A stretch of DNA of 63,567 nt, filler included, from Syncephalis fuscata S228 (taxonomy: Eukaryota > Fungi > Zoopagomycota): the NCBI GenBank assembly GCA_025786725.1. It is 4 parts of 4 records of this genome, joined end to end, with 100 filler letters (N's around TTAATTAATTAA, not from the genome) between each part and the next. Parts side by side here need not be neighbours in the genome. Positions count along the whole stretch, not along the records: positions 1 to 29,522 come from JAHLTZ010000091.1; 3 more parts are not named here. One strand, written 5' to 3'. The position numbers and the translations under genes are program-made. Below are positions 13,544 through 26,825 of this stretch, piece after piece. The first letter of the stretch is position 1. The number at the start of each line of letters is the position of its first letter. The notes below the pieces were generated by a model. That model saw only the letters and a program-made list of their open reading frames with translations. It ran no database searches and was not told the origin of the DNA.

Positions 13544-14085
13544 TGAGCATATATGCATGATCAATGAGCGGAATTAGTCGGCATTTATTAGTAATAAAGC
13601 TAGAACAAAAATAAAAGTAGCATTGGATAGAGGAGGGCTAGGCGATTATAGAATAATATATAGAATGACAAATATACGGTGAGAAAGTATATAAAATGAT
13701 GTTAAAGCTATAGTGCATATAATGCAATGAGTAGACGGAATGGAGTGTAATGGAACATATAAACAATAAAATGCGTTTAATATATTGTAGAATGATATAT
13801 AGTAGTGTGTGACAGAATGGAAATGATATAAGTAAATGGTGGATATATGCATACTGGATAATAATCTATGATGATGGGTATTTGATGATTGATGTTATTC
13901 ACCACCTACCATCATGTTCAATAAATTGGATGTTATTAAAAATAGTCATTTGACCACCAAGCAAACAATAAGTGTGATGATGTGATAATTAAACAAAACT
14001 CACCACTTGTCCCCATGTTCAATAGATTGAATGTGCAGTGCAATTACGCGAATGTTATTAAGCTTTATCATTTGACCCCAAATCA
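13544..14085 (+). repeat. Long copy of the dispersed repeat family with two internal sub-repeats
   Basis: Matches the 7894 copy and is the reverse complement of 62750-63310. The CATGTTCAATA..TCATTTGACC motif occurs twice. Confidence 0.9.
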
Positions 14086-14159
14086 CACTAAATGGCTAAT
14101 AAAATAAAAATGTTAAATGGCACACAATTATATTATATGATGCAGCTAAAGCTCTTTAT

Positions 14160-15372
14160 TTATAACATATACGCTTCGAATAAACCGGCTTCAGTCAGAC
14201 CCATTCGACAAAGAACAGTGCTTGAAATATGATATCTAAAATGCATGCTTTCTAAATCTTCAGTTGAGCAAAATGGTGATTTTCTTTCATAGAGAGTCAA
14301 AGACATATGTTCCTCGCTGTCTTCAATTGGTATGCTAGAAAGACACTGTGATGCATTATAGATAAGGCCAGTTTTCATATCAACAAAATAACTTTCACCA
14401 AATGCAGCATCGAGTACTGCACATAAAGGTCCAAGAAAAGGTGTAATTCTTTTGTAAAAGGAAAAATTAACTGAGCGTATGAAGTTTCCATTTTGAGCAT
14501 CTAGCACCTTGAATGATTCCAAGTTATGAACTATAATCAGCTTTTCGCTGTATAGTTTTGTAATGGTATTAATAAGCGTAAACCATACTAACTGTCCTTC
14601 TGTGGCACTTTTTATAGTAGAAACTGGCATTGGTGGTGTAAAGCAAATTGAATGCTTACTGATAAAGTATGCTTCATCGACATTGGAAATTTTATCCAGT
14701 GATTTTGATTTAAATTAAATAAACCAAATTGATAATGTTGTTGTATATTTATAATGCGTAAAATGATCCAGTCGTCCTGGATGTCCTCCAACTCTGGTCC
14801 TCTTTCTATATTGCTTCACTATTATTTCCAAGGTAGATAAGATTGGGGCGTTGTTGAGCAGCAATAGGCCACACTATAATGGCCTGTCGTCTGCTAATTT
14901 CTCGTCTTTCTGAAACTGCAGTCGTTGAGGAACTAGCAGAAGATTCATCTAAAGTGGCAAAGACTTTAGATTTATTATTTTTAATGTATAATGCTTTTAT
15001 TTTATCCATGTTTACTATTTAATGGTATTAGTAAACAATTTTTATAGTAATTAGTATTAATTGTTATTACTTACGTATTGAACCACTGAAAAATACAGGC
15101 TTTATATCGGCAAATGTTTCCAGATAAATATGAGTTACAACAAATTCGTGCGTCCCATAAACAGCGTAGATGGAAGGGTTGTAGCCAAGTAAAGGTTGTA
15201 AAACATTGGTCAAAATTTGTTTCCAGGGATGAGACCAGCCAGATATTGTTTGATAAACTGGCCGACAGGTTCCAGCAAAAGATGCGATTTGCAAATCGTT
15301 TATAAAGCAACATAATTGCAATATCACGTCAGAATTTTTGCAAAAACGTTCAGTACTAGAGTTCAACGACAT
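14160..15372 (-). pseudogene. Lineage-specific protein with F-box-like N-terminus; frameshifted (pseudogene or assembly indels)
   Basis: Consecutive same-strand ORFs 15372-15067, 15009-14806 and 14630-14160, with a GT donor at ~15074. N-terminus NSDVILQLCCFINDLQIASFAGTCRPVYQTISGWSHPWK follows the F-box pattern. Confidence 0.5.
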
Positions 15373-15555
15373 GTTTGAGTAAAATTGATGTTAAAAACTG
15401 CTACTTGCTAGATAGCTGGAAATTTGTAGATGTGAATATAAGATTTGGATTACTGTAGACTAATTTACTTTATTTATAGTATAATTGTTTTATGATTGCG
15501 TATGCATATTGAGACTCTGTGAACATTGTTCTGGCCATTTATAAATAGAATATAA

Positions 15556-15749
15556 ATTGCAGCGTCATTGTTCTCTCTTGTTTTTCAATAGGCTGCATAT
15601 TGAAACGTCATTGTTCTTCCTTTTTTGCCAACAAGCTGCATGTTGCAATAGCTTTGTTCTTATCTGCTTGTCAACAAGCTGCAGATTGCAATAGTTTTGT
15701 TCTTATCTACTTGTCAACAAGCTGCAGATTGTAATAGCTTTGTTCTTTT
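15556..15749. repeat. 43-bp tandem repeat, 4.5 units
   Basis: Units start at 15556, 15599, 15642, 15685 and 15728. Consensus is about ATTGCAATAGCTTTGTTCTTATCTGCTTGTCAACAAGCTGCAG. Confidence 0.92.
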
Positions 15750-15982
15750 TATTTACATCATTATTATATTTGGTAATTATAAGCTATTAAGCTTTTTCAC
15801 ACTCAATAACTAGATTTGCATATTTTTTATTATATTCCAGTTGCTATTTTTGATTAACAACTTTTATTATCAGTAAACAATATTCAAATTTTTCTAATTT
15901 ATATTTTTATTCATTTAAATTTATTTATAATTGTTATTGTATTTTATAGTATCATTATAATTTATTACAAATAATAATATTT

Positions 15983-16395
15983 ATTTAATCATTACATCAT
16001 CACATTTATTGTTTGTTTGGTGGTCAAATGACTATTTTTAATAACATTAACTCTATTGAACATGGTGATGGTGGTGAATGACATCACTCATCAAATAAGC
16101 ATCATCATAGACTTATTATCCAGTATGCATATATTCAATATACATATATATACTCTATTCACCTATATCATTCCCATTCTGTCCCACACTACTATATAAC
16201 ATTTTATAATATACTGAATACATTCTATTGTTTATATGTTCCATTACACTCCATTCAGTCTACTCATTACACTGTACACATTATAACTTCCATATTCTTA
16301 TTTATACTCTTCCAATTGTATATTCATATCATTTTAAATAGTTCTATTTATATTATGCACGCTTTATTATAGTTATATTCTGTCTAGCTCTAATT
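15983..16395 (-). repeat. Inverted copy of the dispersed repeat family
   Basis: GGTCAAATGACTATTTTTAATAAC..CTATTGAACATGGTGATGGTGGTGAATGACATC..TTATTATCCAGTATGCATAT is the reverse complement of the 13544-14085 copy. Confidence 0.88.
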
Positions 16396-17404
16396 TTATT
16401 ATCTATACATTTTAGCTTATTTTCTCATAGACTTATATACACCGATAGAATGAATAATGTGAGTATTGCAAACTTATTACTTTATTAGAATGGTGTATTG
16501 AGTTTATTGATGCTAGTTAGTCACGATTTTAATAGTATTCAGTTTAAACCATGTTGTAATTATATAAAGTAATTATAGCTTATTTGTAATCTAATTATTG
16601 ATATTACTTGCCTTTCAATTTCATGCACAAATGTTATTAAACTTAATCGTCTAATCCCAAATCCACACTGACGTTTTAATATTTTGTTTATATTATTGTA
16701 ATAAGAATAACATAAATAAATAAACCATGAATGTTAGCGTTGAAATAGATAATGCGACTATAGTGATATTGAATATGACTAGTATTTAAAAACAATAAAG
16801 CTATTTCATTTTCAGAAATATCAGCAGCAATACATAGAGAATAAGCCAATGGTCAAAACAGAAGCGCAGTCCGATTCTGGTTTTATGTATAAATGGTAGT
16901 TTTGAATTTTTAATACGCATTTAAGCTTGTAAAGTACAGAGTTTCAAATTTCTGTATTTCTCATAGTAGTGTTTTATTCATTACACCATATGTGTGTATA
17001 TATATAAATGAAATAGTAGTCTTCTGTTATGTTTATAAAATAAAATCTATGTTAGCATAGCTATTTCAATTCTAATCACCCAAGATCAAGTTGAACCACC
17101 ATTTCTTTACATGGGCTGGCCCTAGTGGTACCAAGCTGGACCACCATCTTGAGGTGTTGTTTAACGCTGAACGTCACCTTATTGGCGTGGTTTCAATTTG
17201 GTTTTAACCTTTGGCCTTTGGCCGCTGTGACCTCATGCACTGGTTTCTCTACCTTTTTATTGTGTTGTGGATTCACTTTTTGGCTGCTGCTATTTCTAGT
17301 CCTTTGTTTCCATACATCCAACTTTTTTTCACGTTTTTGCACCGGTACTCATATATTTACAAAGCATTAACTGACAGCATATTTGGCGGTAGTATTGCCT
17401 TAAA

Positions 17405-18388
17405 ATGAGCACATCACATCACAATAGCACTGCTAATCTATACCCGATGGATGCCTATGAGTATACAGAAGCATTGTCTGTTAATTTGAAAGATAGACAG
17501 GAGCAATTAAGATATATATGGGCTGAGCTTGTGGTTCATACTATTATGAGTTATGTCCAAGTGCACAACATTAACACAGCCCTTCGATTAGTTATAAAAC
17601 AGCCGCGAGCACTTACACGATGGTGTTGCTTAATACCTTCTGTTCTATGTATTGGCCTAACAATATTTACCATTATATTCGATTTGGGCAAAGCATTTTA
17701 TATGGATACGTCAGTACTTTATTTTGGATGGGCCATTCCCATTTCTATCATGTGCTACAGTATCATTTTGTTGCAAAAAGCATATATGTTGTCCCACAAA
17801 AGCCGTTGGATATTTGTAATAGGTATAACGCTAATTATACTACAAATGATAATTCCTGTTATGTTGTTAAACGTTACTGTTATTTTTTATCATGATTTAT
17901 ATCGCAGTGTCTTTTTTGACTATCCAAAGGGAGTGGTTTTAATCTGGTTATGCGTATCTATAGCTGCTAACCTATTCCTCTCGTCTGTGTTCAGTTACAT
18001 GGCCTATAAGCAATATCGTATATTCGGCTCTAAGACATGGAAGCGCCTAGCCAGTGATGGCATCCAATCCATGTGCCTTGTTATACTTTGTAATATAATC
18101 TGCACTGTCCTAATGTTTTTTAATAACTCCAGGATTCTCTTTACACTCCCCTATTTTATTTACTGGTAGGTTCAACCAATTATAATACTTTGCTTTATAT
18201 TTACGTAAAGCTATATTAGTTCAGTATGCTCGACTATTTTGATTAAAAACTGCCGTAAGACACGCGATATATTAAGTGAAACTAATCATCCAAAGACCGA
18301 AAAAATGCTTCAACTTTCGCAAATATTAACACCAGTGTATGGAGAGACAAATACTACAACCAACCAACCAACCATTTATATTGTATGA
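17405..18388 (+). CDS. Orphan multi-pass (GPCR-like 7TM) membrane protein; exons 17405-18165, 18220-18388
   Basis: 254-aa ORF with 6-7 hydrophobic helices. One GTAGGT..TAG intron extends it in frame to TGA at 18388. Confidence 0.8.
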
Positions 18389-19416
18389 TAATCAATATGC
18401 CTATAATACTACAAAACGTGTCAGTATAGTAGGCAAGTGTCTGCAGGTGTTTAATCACACGGATTGGCACAAGGCCTTTGTTTATACGTATCCAACCAGC
18501 TAACATTGCATAAAAAATACACACATATTACATCATTCTGCATCTTTTAATATGCTTAAAACATATTGCAATCCTAAGAATAAATTATTTAGGTACTATA
18601 AATGATTGTATTTTGTTTGACATTGTTAATAAGCAATAGTGAATAGCCCATTGCTGTATCAATTTGCCATATGCATTCAGAATAATAAACAAATACCATA
18701 AATATTGACGACAATTACAGTTTATTTTTATATTTAATCAAATGGCAGCTTAACTATACTTTACTTATAATCAAAGAAAGTGGCTGTATGAACATTAAGT
18801 CGATTGCAGCGAGTATAACATATAGGCAAAATATCTTATTTATATTGATAAAGATATGAAATAGAATAAAAAAATAAAACTATCTTAAAACCTTAGCTTA
18901 CATCTTTCTTATTAGCCTCAATAATAAACAAAATACTATTGAATCGAGTGCGTAATTTATACTAAATTTATTTTTATTTAATAAACAAAGTATAAAAACA
19001 TTCTCAAACTTTGCTACTTTTGCCATTCAAGATAACGAATCTATGATAATAGCTATTTTGATCGCTGATATCATTTACCTTTTAATTTTATGTTCAATCG
19101 CACGAATGTTATAAATGTAGTCAGTTAACACCAGAGCATTTCAAATGTCTAATAGGCTGTTTACTATTAGCGTAGTAGTAATAAAATAAATAAATAACCA
19201 ACTACTTTCCATCTCTTTTTACCAATTTTTTGTAATTATTCGTATCGTACAATATGATACAGCTATAAGGACATTCAAGTCATAGTATTAAAACACTTTA
19301 AAACACATTATGATTACTTATTATTATTATTTAATACATTTAGAATCATCAATCAACGATAAAATAATAAAGCTTAGCACGATTATTTTACTTTAAAAGA
19401 TGCATTGCATTGTTTA

Positions 19417-20681
19417 TTACATAAACACGCCCAGTTTTGATCTGACCGTAATGTAGGTCTCAGTTTGTTTTTCCAACGAGTTTTTCAATAGGTCATTATC
19501 AAACTTAACGTTGTCTGCAAGCATAACAATAGTGCTGCCACCGAATGCAAAGTATCCAACTTCATCTCCTGCCTTAATAGTTTGGCCCAAGCTTATGGTC
19601 AAGTGAATGCCGCCTACGCCGGTCGCGCCAATACAAACGTACTTTACTACTTGTCCATTTGGTCTTGTAATCTCGACAACGGTGCGCTTGTTCTCCGAAA
19701 AGACGCTAATTTCAGATCGGACAGCAATAGGATTGACGGTGTAGTATTCTCCTTTGATTTCGTGGATCGCCGTGACCGTTCCGCCAGTGGGCGAGTGGAA
19801 ACGATGATAGTCTTGTGGTGCCAGGCGGAATATAGCCACTGAAGGATTTTTCAAGCCAATGTTTTTGCTTTGGGTTGGTCCAAGCATTGCTTCAATTGAA
19901 AATGTTTTTCCTTTAATCCAGTACTGCTTAGCCTGCTGTACAGTAGGGAAAACAATAAAACGACAATCAGCAATCGATCTGACTATGTTTCCATTTGTTG
20001 GATCTTCCATCTTTCGGAATCTGTTTAAATCGAGTCGACGATAGAAGAACTGATTGAAGTTATAGTATTTTGGAGGAGGGAAAGGTTCTTCCATACGGGT
20101 AAGGCCATACATTTTTTGGAATTCATTAATAAACCCATATGACGCTGGAGAATTATAGTATACGCCTTGTTTGATTGAAAGCTTTTTCAATGCCTTACGG
20201 AAAAGATAAAGTTTGCTGACTGATGGGAGTTTATAGCCGACTACCAATGCGAATCGAACATTATCTGGCACGAATTCAATTTCTCTTTTGTTTGTCTTGC
20301 GATCTATTATGTAGTTTTCAATTTTTGGTACACTATTCACCATAACACTTTCAAAAAGCGTTTTAAGCTCAAAATCTTCGAAAAACGATGGTTCGATAGG
20401 CTTGACTATACACATAAACGTTTATAAAACATATTAATCTATTAATACACCGAATGTCATCATCTATAATAATAACACCTACCAACTTCAGTGCTAACTG
20501 GCATATCAAGGTTAAGATTAACATTTTCCTTAAAGACTGGACGGTCCCGTCCGTCAGCAACTTTTGGGGTTTGATTAATTGGCGCTGTTTTTTGACGGAG
20601 CATACCATTGAATTGATCACCAACGACCGTGGTCGTGGTAAGTGCTGAGAGAAGCAACAAAGTTAATCCGGCAAATTTCAT
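19417..20681 (-). CDS. Phosphatidylserine decarboxylase (Psd2-type catalytic domain, no C2 domains) with N-terminal signal peptide; exons 20681-20483, 20405-19417 (395 aa)
   Basis: Motifs FNQFFYRRL, SIADCR, FRLAPQDYHRFHSP, YYTVNPIAVR and FAFGGST (autocleavage site). N-terminus MKFAGLTLLLLSALTTTTVVG. Confidence 0.92.
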
Positions 20682-21237
20682 AATTGCAATAAAAGTGAAT
20701 ATTCGTAATAGCGATAATATAGTTTTAATACGTTATATCCAAAAAATCTATGCTTTTTAAAAAGCACGTTTGGTGCAAGCAGCGAAAATACGCTGTGAAT
20801 AATACACCGAGTATAGGAAAAGAGCGAGAGAGAGAAAAGGTAAGAAAGAAAAAGGACCAGAATGGAAGATAAGCTTTATTTAAGCTGTAAATATCGCTAG
20901 AACAATGGATCTGTAGCAAATGGAAAGTGCCACGAGATATAGGCATGGACTGTTGCCATATAGAGTCAATTGAAAAATTGTTTTACTGACAGGTAACATT
21001 TTAGTAACGGAGCCGCCACGTGATGCCAAATGGATCTTGAAAATAGATTAGCGGTCTTTAATTGGGCTTTACTCCGATACTTGCCGGCAAAGTCCACATG
21101 TCGTTTGTCCCCTTTCGTTTTGAGCATAAAGCATTCTCATTTAAAAATACAGATAGACATGGATATCACATGGTGGATATATAGGAATAGAAGCATAATT
21201 ATTTATAAATTCATATAACTATCCGATGGCTAGCAAT

Positions 21238-22240
21238 CTACTGCTGCTCATGGAACACCGCCAAACCAGCTATTACAGCCGCGCCCAAAAAGGCCAATGA
21301 GATGATAAACCAAATAAATCCCCAGAACTGTGGGACACAGCAACCGGTGTACTTTGCGAATTTGGTCGCATCACTTTCATTGACTCGACGCACAACCAGA
21401 TCCTCTACAATATCCCAAAGGCTGTAAAGGCAGCTCATAACACTAGAGGACAGCCATAGAATTGGTTATTACGTCATATTCACTCTATTGGCAATTCGCC
21501 AGCAACTTACCCCATAAATAGAACAAAATATTTTAGGCCAACAGCCTCCTTGACCACCCAGAGCACGACAATCATTCCTATAAACAATAGAGTGATCCCA
21601 CGTGTTAGCCAATTCTTTGCCCACCATAGCGTGGCCAATAAACAAATTCCAATAATAACGGATACGATTTTGGAGGCCAACACGTTGAATCCTGCAAAAA
21701 TCATCAATGCTCCAAAAAACGAAGAGCCAAGGTAGCCGGCCGGCAATGTACAGCAAAGTGATCCGCCACGCTATCATTATAATAGTGATTATAATAATAA
21801 TTAACATTATTAATAAATAAAAGTGAATAGTTATATATATATATATGTGTGTGTGTGTAGTAATTAGTATAAACACTTTAAACACTATCTATATCATTGT
21901 AAATTACCATGCGGGTCACGCCACCTTCCTCAGGATTAACTTCAATAGATTCAATCTTGGCACCGGTACAGCAGCCTGCAGCCGCGTGACCAAACTCATG
22001 AAGGGCAACCGTCACTAACTACGATGCCGGTAGATGGATGGATTATGTAGAAAGCCAGTTGTTGTTAAGCACTTTTTACTAACAAATATTTTATCTTACT
22101 TTGAACGGATACAAAATTGTCTTTAATATAGGAACATTCCATAGAATAAGAATAGCCACACTAAATGCACCAATTAGGATAAGTGTTGTCTTTTGGTCCT
22201 CGTTAGGCGTGATAGCTTCGCTAAATGTTAGTGGTGCCAT
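21238..22240 (-). CDS. Peptidase M50B-like membrane metalloprotease (4 exons)
   Basis: LYPFK|LVTVALHEFGHAAAG (HExxH), EGGVTRM, LPAGYLGSS, SCLYSLWDIVEDL..VNESDA. Confidence 0.9.
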
Positions 22241-22937
22241 CACGATGTTGTTCAAAATGCAAAGTATGAAATGAAAAAGAGAATGCTAGCTAGCAAGTTA
22301 ATGTGCGTTTCGTAGATAGAACTATACAATGAAATGCTGTGCAGAAACAAATAAAAAGGCAGCGTAAAAATGGCTTCAGATAGGATAGTACGGTTGCAGC
22401 AAAAGGACAATAACAATATCCTACTGATCAATGACGCTACTCGAGTAAAAAGATAAATAAACAGAATAGTCAAAGCCAAGAATTGGTAATATTTCTATAG
22501 CGGTGTTTTAATCAATATTAAACTCCGTTTTAATAGATAGATTATATCTATAATTGCTATTTATATATATATATACTCGACTGTGTTTTATATTCGATAC
22601 AAAAATATTAGTTGCAACTTGTTCAACTATTCACACACACGCACAAACATACGCACACGCAAGTATTAACTACATTCTTAGTACCTAGTTGTTTTTAGGA
22701 CATAGCGTAAAAATATCACATTTGTGACAAAACTATTGTGTATGTGTCATTTCTAATAGTCTGTGGCTGTTTAAAAGTTGTCGAGTTACAACGTAATTTT
22801 ATCCAATCGTCACTATCTTGCGCGCGATTCTGTCGTGTGTATCGCCTGGTTGCGCTGCCACGTTAACGTGTCGACACCCTTGCCAGCATTGCTAGTGGCG
22901 GTGCATTGCGAACCCTCGCCGTAGACGTACAACCATC

Positions 22938-25258
22938 ATGACACGCTATAAAACCGTGGCTTCGCGATCACGTACCAATTCAATAGTTGGCGACGATAAC
23001 GAGGCGATAAACGTTGATGTGCCACTGACTACGCTTAATGGCATCGAGACAAATCGTCATCAATCGTACTCGCGACAACTTTCTGCCGAGAACAGCCGTG
23101 TTGGCTCGCCTAGACATCGGTACTATTTACGCTCGAACAGCGAAGCAAGTAGTAATGAAGATGAGATAGTCAAGACCGAGTTGCATCGGGCAAATCACTT
23201 GTTAAATAACACAGCTGCTGAAGATGATGCGAATGGTGATCATCGTGGTCTACTCACCGGCTCTATAAAATATAATTCAAATCATGGTGTAGAAACACAA
23301 GTTAAATTGAGCGATGAAGATTATGACGATCTAGCAATGGGCAGAAACCAAACAGCCAGCATTATGGAATCATTTCTTAACATGGCCAATTCTATTGTTG
23401 GTGCAGGTAATTAACTAAATTAATATTATATATTATTGTTAAATTACTAAATAACTGTTATTGTTATTACAGGCATTATAGGTAATGAAATAGACTAGGT
23501 GTTTGGTATAATGTCTTATGACTTTTGTAGGCTTACCTTATTCATTTCGTGAAGCTGGATTTTGGTCGGGTATTCTTCTACTTATTGTTTTGACCTATAT
23601 CGTTGGTAATACCCATATAATTGATTGTTAATTACTATATCCTACTAATTATTATAACTATAACTATTTTAGATTGGACTGTTGGTTTACTGATCAAAAA
23701 TAGTCGGATGTCGTCAAAACAGTCTTACCAAGATTTAATGGAGTTTTGTTATGGTCGAACAGGACTATGGGCTATCTCTATATTTCAATTTATATTTGCA
23801 TTTGGTGGTAAGTAATAGATCTAATTAGAAATGAATACTCGTCTAACATATACACCAATAGCCATGTGTGCTTATAACGTGATCATCGGCAAGTAACCAA
23901 TGTATATCTAGTTGTTATTAATATTTTTCTCTTACTAGGCGATACTATTCCCAGTGTACTATCGGCTATGTTCCCATCGATGTCCGAGCATCCGGTATTT
24001 GCCTTTTTGGCATCTCGTCGAACTGTTATCTTTCTATGTACCGTTGGCATTACATTTCCACTTTCGCTTTATCGCGATATTGCAAAACTGGCCAAAGCAA
24101 GCGCATTTGCTTTGGTAGCTTTAGTTATCATCATTGTTGCTGTTATGATCGAGGCCCCTCGTACTCCGACCAAGACCCGAGGAGATCCATCGCTTCGTTG
24201 GACCTTTATCAATCCAGAAATATTCCAGGTAAGTTGTAGCAATTTAGCAAAAACAAAAACAAAAACAATAATCAATTAAACATGTTAATTTATTGTCATT
24301 AGTCTATTGGTGTCATTTGCTTTGGTAAGCATTGTGTTAATATTAGTTATTATAATTATTATATGAATTTATTTAAACTCATTAATTGAATGGTAGCATT
24401 TGTTTGTCATCACAATACTTTTGTGATTTTAAATGCGCTTAAACGACCATCGCTTAATCGCTTCAGTGTTGTAACCCATTTAAGTATGGTTGTTTCATTA
24501 ATCACTTGCTTGATCATGGCCATTAGTGGCTATTTAGCATTTACCGATAAAACGGAAGGTAAGCAATCTGTACGAACTCGTGTAATGTTAGTAATGCCTA
24601 TGCAACTAGGCAACGTATTGAATAACTTTTCAAATGATAATGTTATTATTAATATTGCTCGGCTGTGCTTTGGCATGAATATGTTTTCCACATTGCCGCT
24701 AGAACACTTTGTTGTCCGTGAGGTATGCAGTACTGCTTTATAGCGCAGTTCCCTACTGTTCTAATCATTATCTGTTCATATATACATATATCTACACAAA
24801 GGTCATTGAAACTCTATTTTTAAAAGGTCCCATTTCTACCCTGACCAATTTTCTATTGACTACCGTGCTTATTGGAGCAGCACTTGTTATTGCACTAACT
24901 ACGTGTGATCTTGGTTTTGTGATGGAATTGACGGTAAGTTTTTGTTTTAATACTAGTAGGCTATTCTTATTGACACGTCAGTTCAATGATTGTTAGGGCG
25001 GTATTTCTGCTACTGCGCTAGGTAAGTAATATGCTAAATGATAAACAACAAGGCGATAACAACGAATATACTCGTGTAGCCTTCATCCTTCCTCCAGCAT
25101 GCTATATTAAACTGGCATCAGGACCTTTGTGGTCACGTAAAAAACTACCTAGTCTCATTTGCATTGGATTCGGTGTTATAGTAATGTGTCTAAGCACTAG
25201 TCTATCCATCCGAAACTACATTATCGACACGAGCAAACGAAGTGTATGCCAATGGTAG
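22938..25258 (+). CDS. Transmembrane amino-acid transporter (Aa_trans; Avt2/SLC38A11-like), multi-exon
   Basis: SFLNMANSIVGAGIIGLPYSFREAG, FPLSLYRDIAKLAKAS, AFVCHHN, LPLEHFVVRE, AFILPPACYIKL. Confidence 0.92.
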
Positions 25259-25378
25259 AATAGTCAATGGGTGCAGCGTGCATTATAAACGTGCCAGCTG
25301 TTAGTCATTTGTGTTTGATGAGTTTTTATATAAAAACAAATCGCTTTTCAAACAATAAATTCCTTCATTTAATAATGT

Positions 25379-26179
25379 TTAACATCCATCGCTTGTCGCT
25401 TTGGTGTTCATAATAAGGGCTACAATAAGGCCGTAAAGACCAAGAACTTCTGCAAAAATAAGAATGAGCACCATAGTAACAAACATGCGTGGCTGGCGAG
25501 CATAGGAGCGAACACACTATAATAAAGCGTAATAATTCATTAATACGACGACTAAATTGCATGAATAAACTACTTACGGCATCGCCAACAATGCCAATAC
25601 AATATCCCGCACATAATCCGGTAAATCCAACTGCTAATCCAGCGCCCAAATGTACCAAACCACTATTATCACAATTCACAGTTAATCGATTAATAATATT
25701 AATAATAATGTTACTATTAACTTACGCATACAATGAATATGGACTAGTGGGATTCACTAATATTTAATAATAATATTAACAAAGATACTATTGCTCCATA
25801 GATTCTACTTACACGATCCAGCAATCAATACCGAGGTTACCATACCGTAGACGGCAATAATACCCGCCATTACAACCGGAATCAACGACTATTATCATTA
25901 AACATAAGCTGCTGGTACAAAGTGCATCCAACTATGATACAACGATGACGACATCTTACCTTCATAATAAGTTCGGGACGAAATGTACCCATACCCGCGA
26001 TGCCAATACCGGCTTTGGCTGTGCCATAGGCAGCACCCACCGCTATTGATACCAAATCAACGCTAAGTAAGAACAAACTCATCTACATACTGTTGTTACT
26101 TACAACTAAGTACCATGGCGGCACATACACCTGCAAAGCCAAAGAATGGCGCATATACCGGACAGTAATCGGTAGCCAT
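25379..26179 (-). CDS. VMA11: V-type ATPase proteolipid subunit c'
   Basis: [68 protein letters not shown], including the essential Glu. Confidence 0.93.
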
Positions 26180-26689
26180 TTTATGACGATTTTATTGTTG
26201 CTATGTCAAGTAGTTGATTGGCTATTGGATCGATTGATCGGTCGGTCAGCACCCACGTCAATAAAAATAAATCAATACAATTCAAAGAAATATAATGAAG
26301 CAGCGTCACAGCAACTAAGATGGCGGCACTAGATACAACAGTAAACGTGTAGAGACTAGGCTTGAAAGAACGAGAATAGACAAAAGTCGAAGTGATGAAG
26401 AGGGATGAAAAAGAGCTTTGTGTGTATATGCGTATTCAATAAGTCGTCAACGTCACGAGGGCAGTTTTCCCTCTGGCTGGCCAAATAAATATCATCATTG
26501 GTTAATAATTTTGACCAGTCTATTTCTATATGCATTTGTATTTTAGTACCTAGAACTATAAATATAACTATATTGCTTTTATATTATTTTGTTTTTAGCT
26601 TTATTAATAACGAGCTGTAATTTATTTATTTCATTTCATTCAGCAAAGCGTATGTACTTAAACTTATAATAAATAAAAAATGTCCATAA

Positions 26690-26825
26690 TATTATAGAAT
26701 AATATATAGTAGTGTGGTATAAAATAGGAGTGATATATGCATACTGGATGATAAATCTATAATGATGAGTATTTAATTATTGATGTCACTCACCACTTAT
26801 TATCATGTTCAATAGATCAGATGTC
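26690..26825 (+). repeat. Partial copy of the dispersed repeat family
   Basis: ATATGCATACTGGATGATAAATCTATAATGATGAGTATTT..GATGTCACTCACCAC..ATCATGTTCAATAGAT. Confidence 0.85.

Noticed and set aside
17125-17408. Hydrophobic ORFs upstream of the 7TM gene
   Set aside because: They have non-ATG starts in T-rich upstream sequence, with no splice or homology support.
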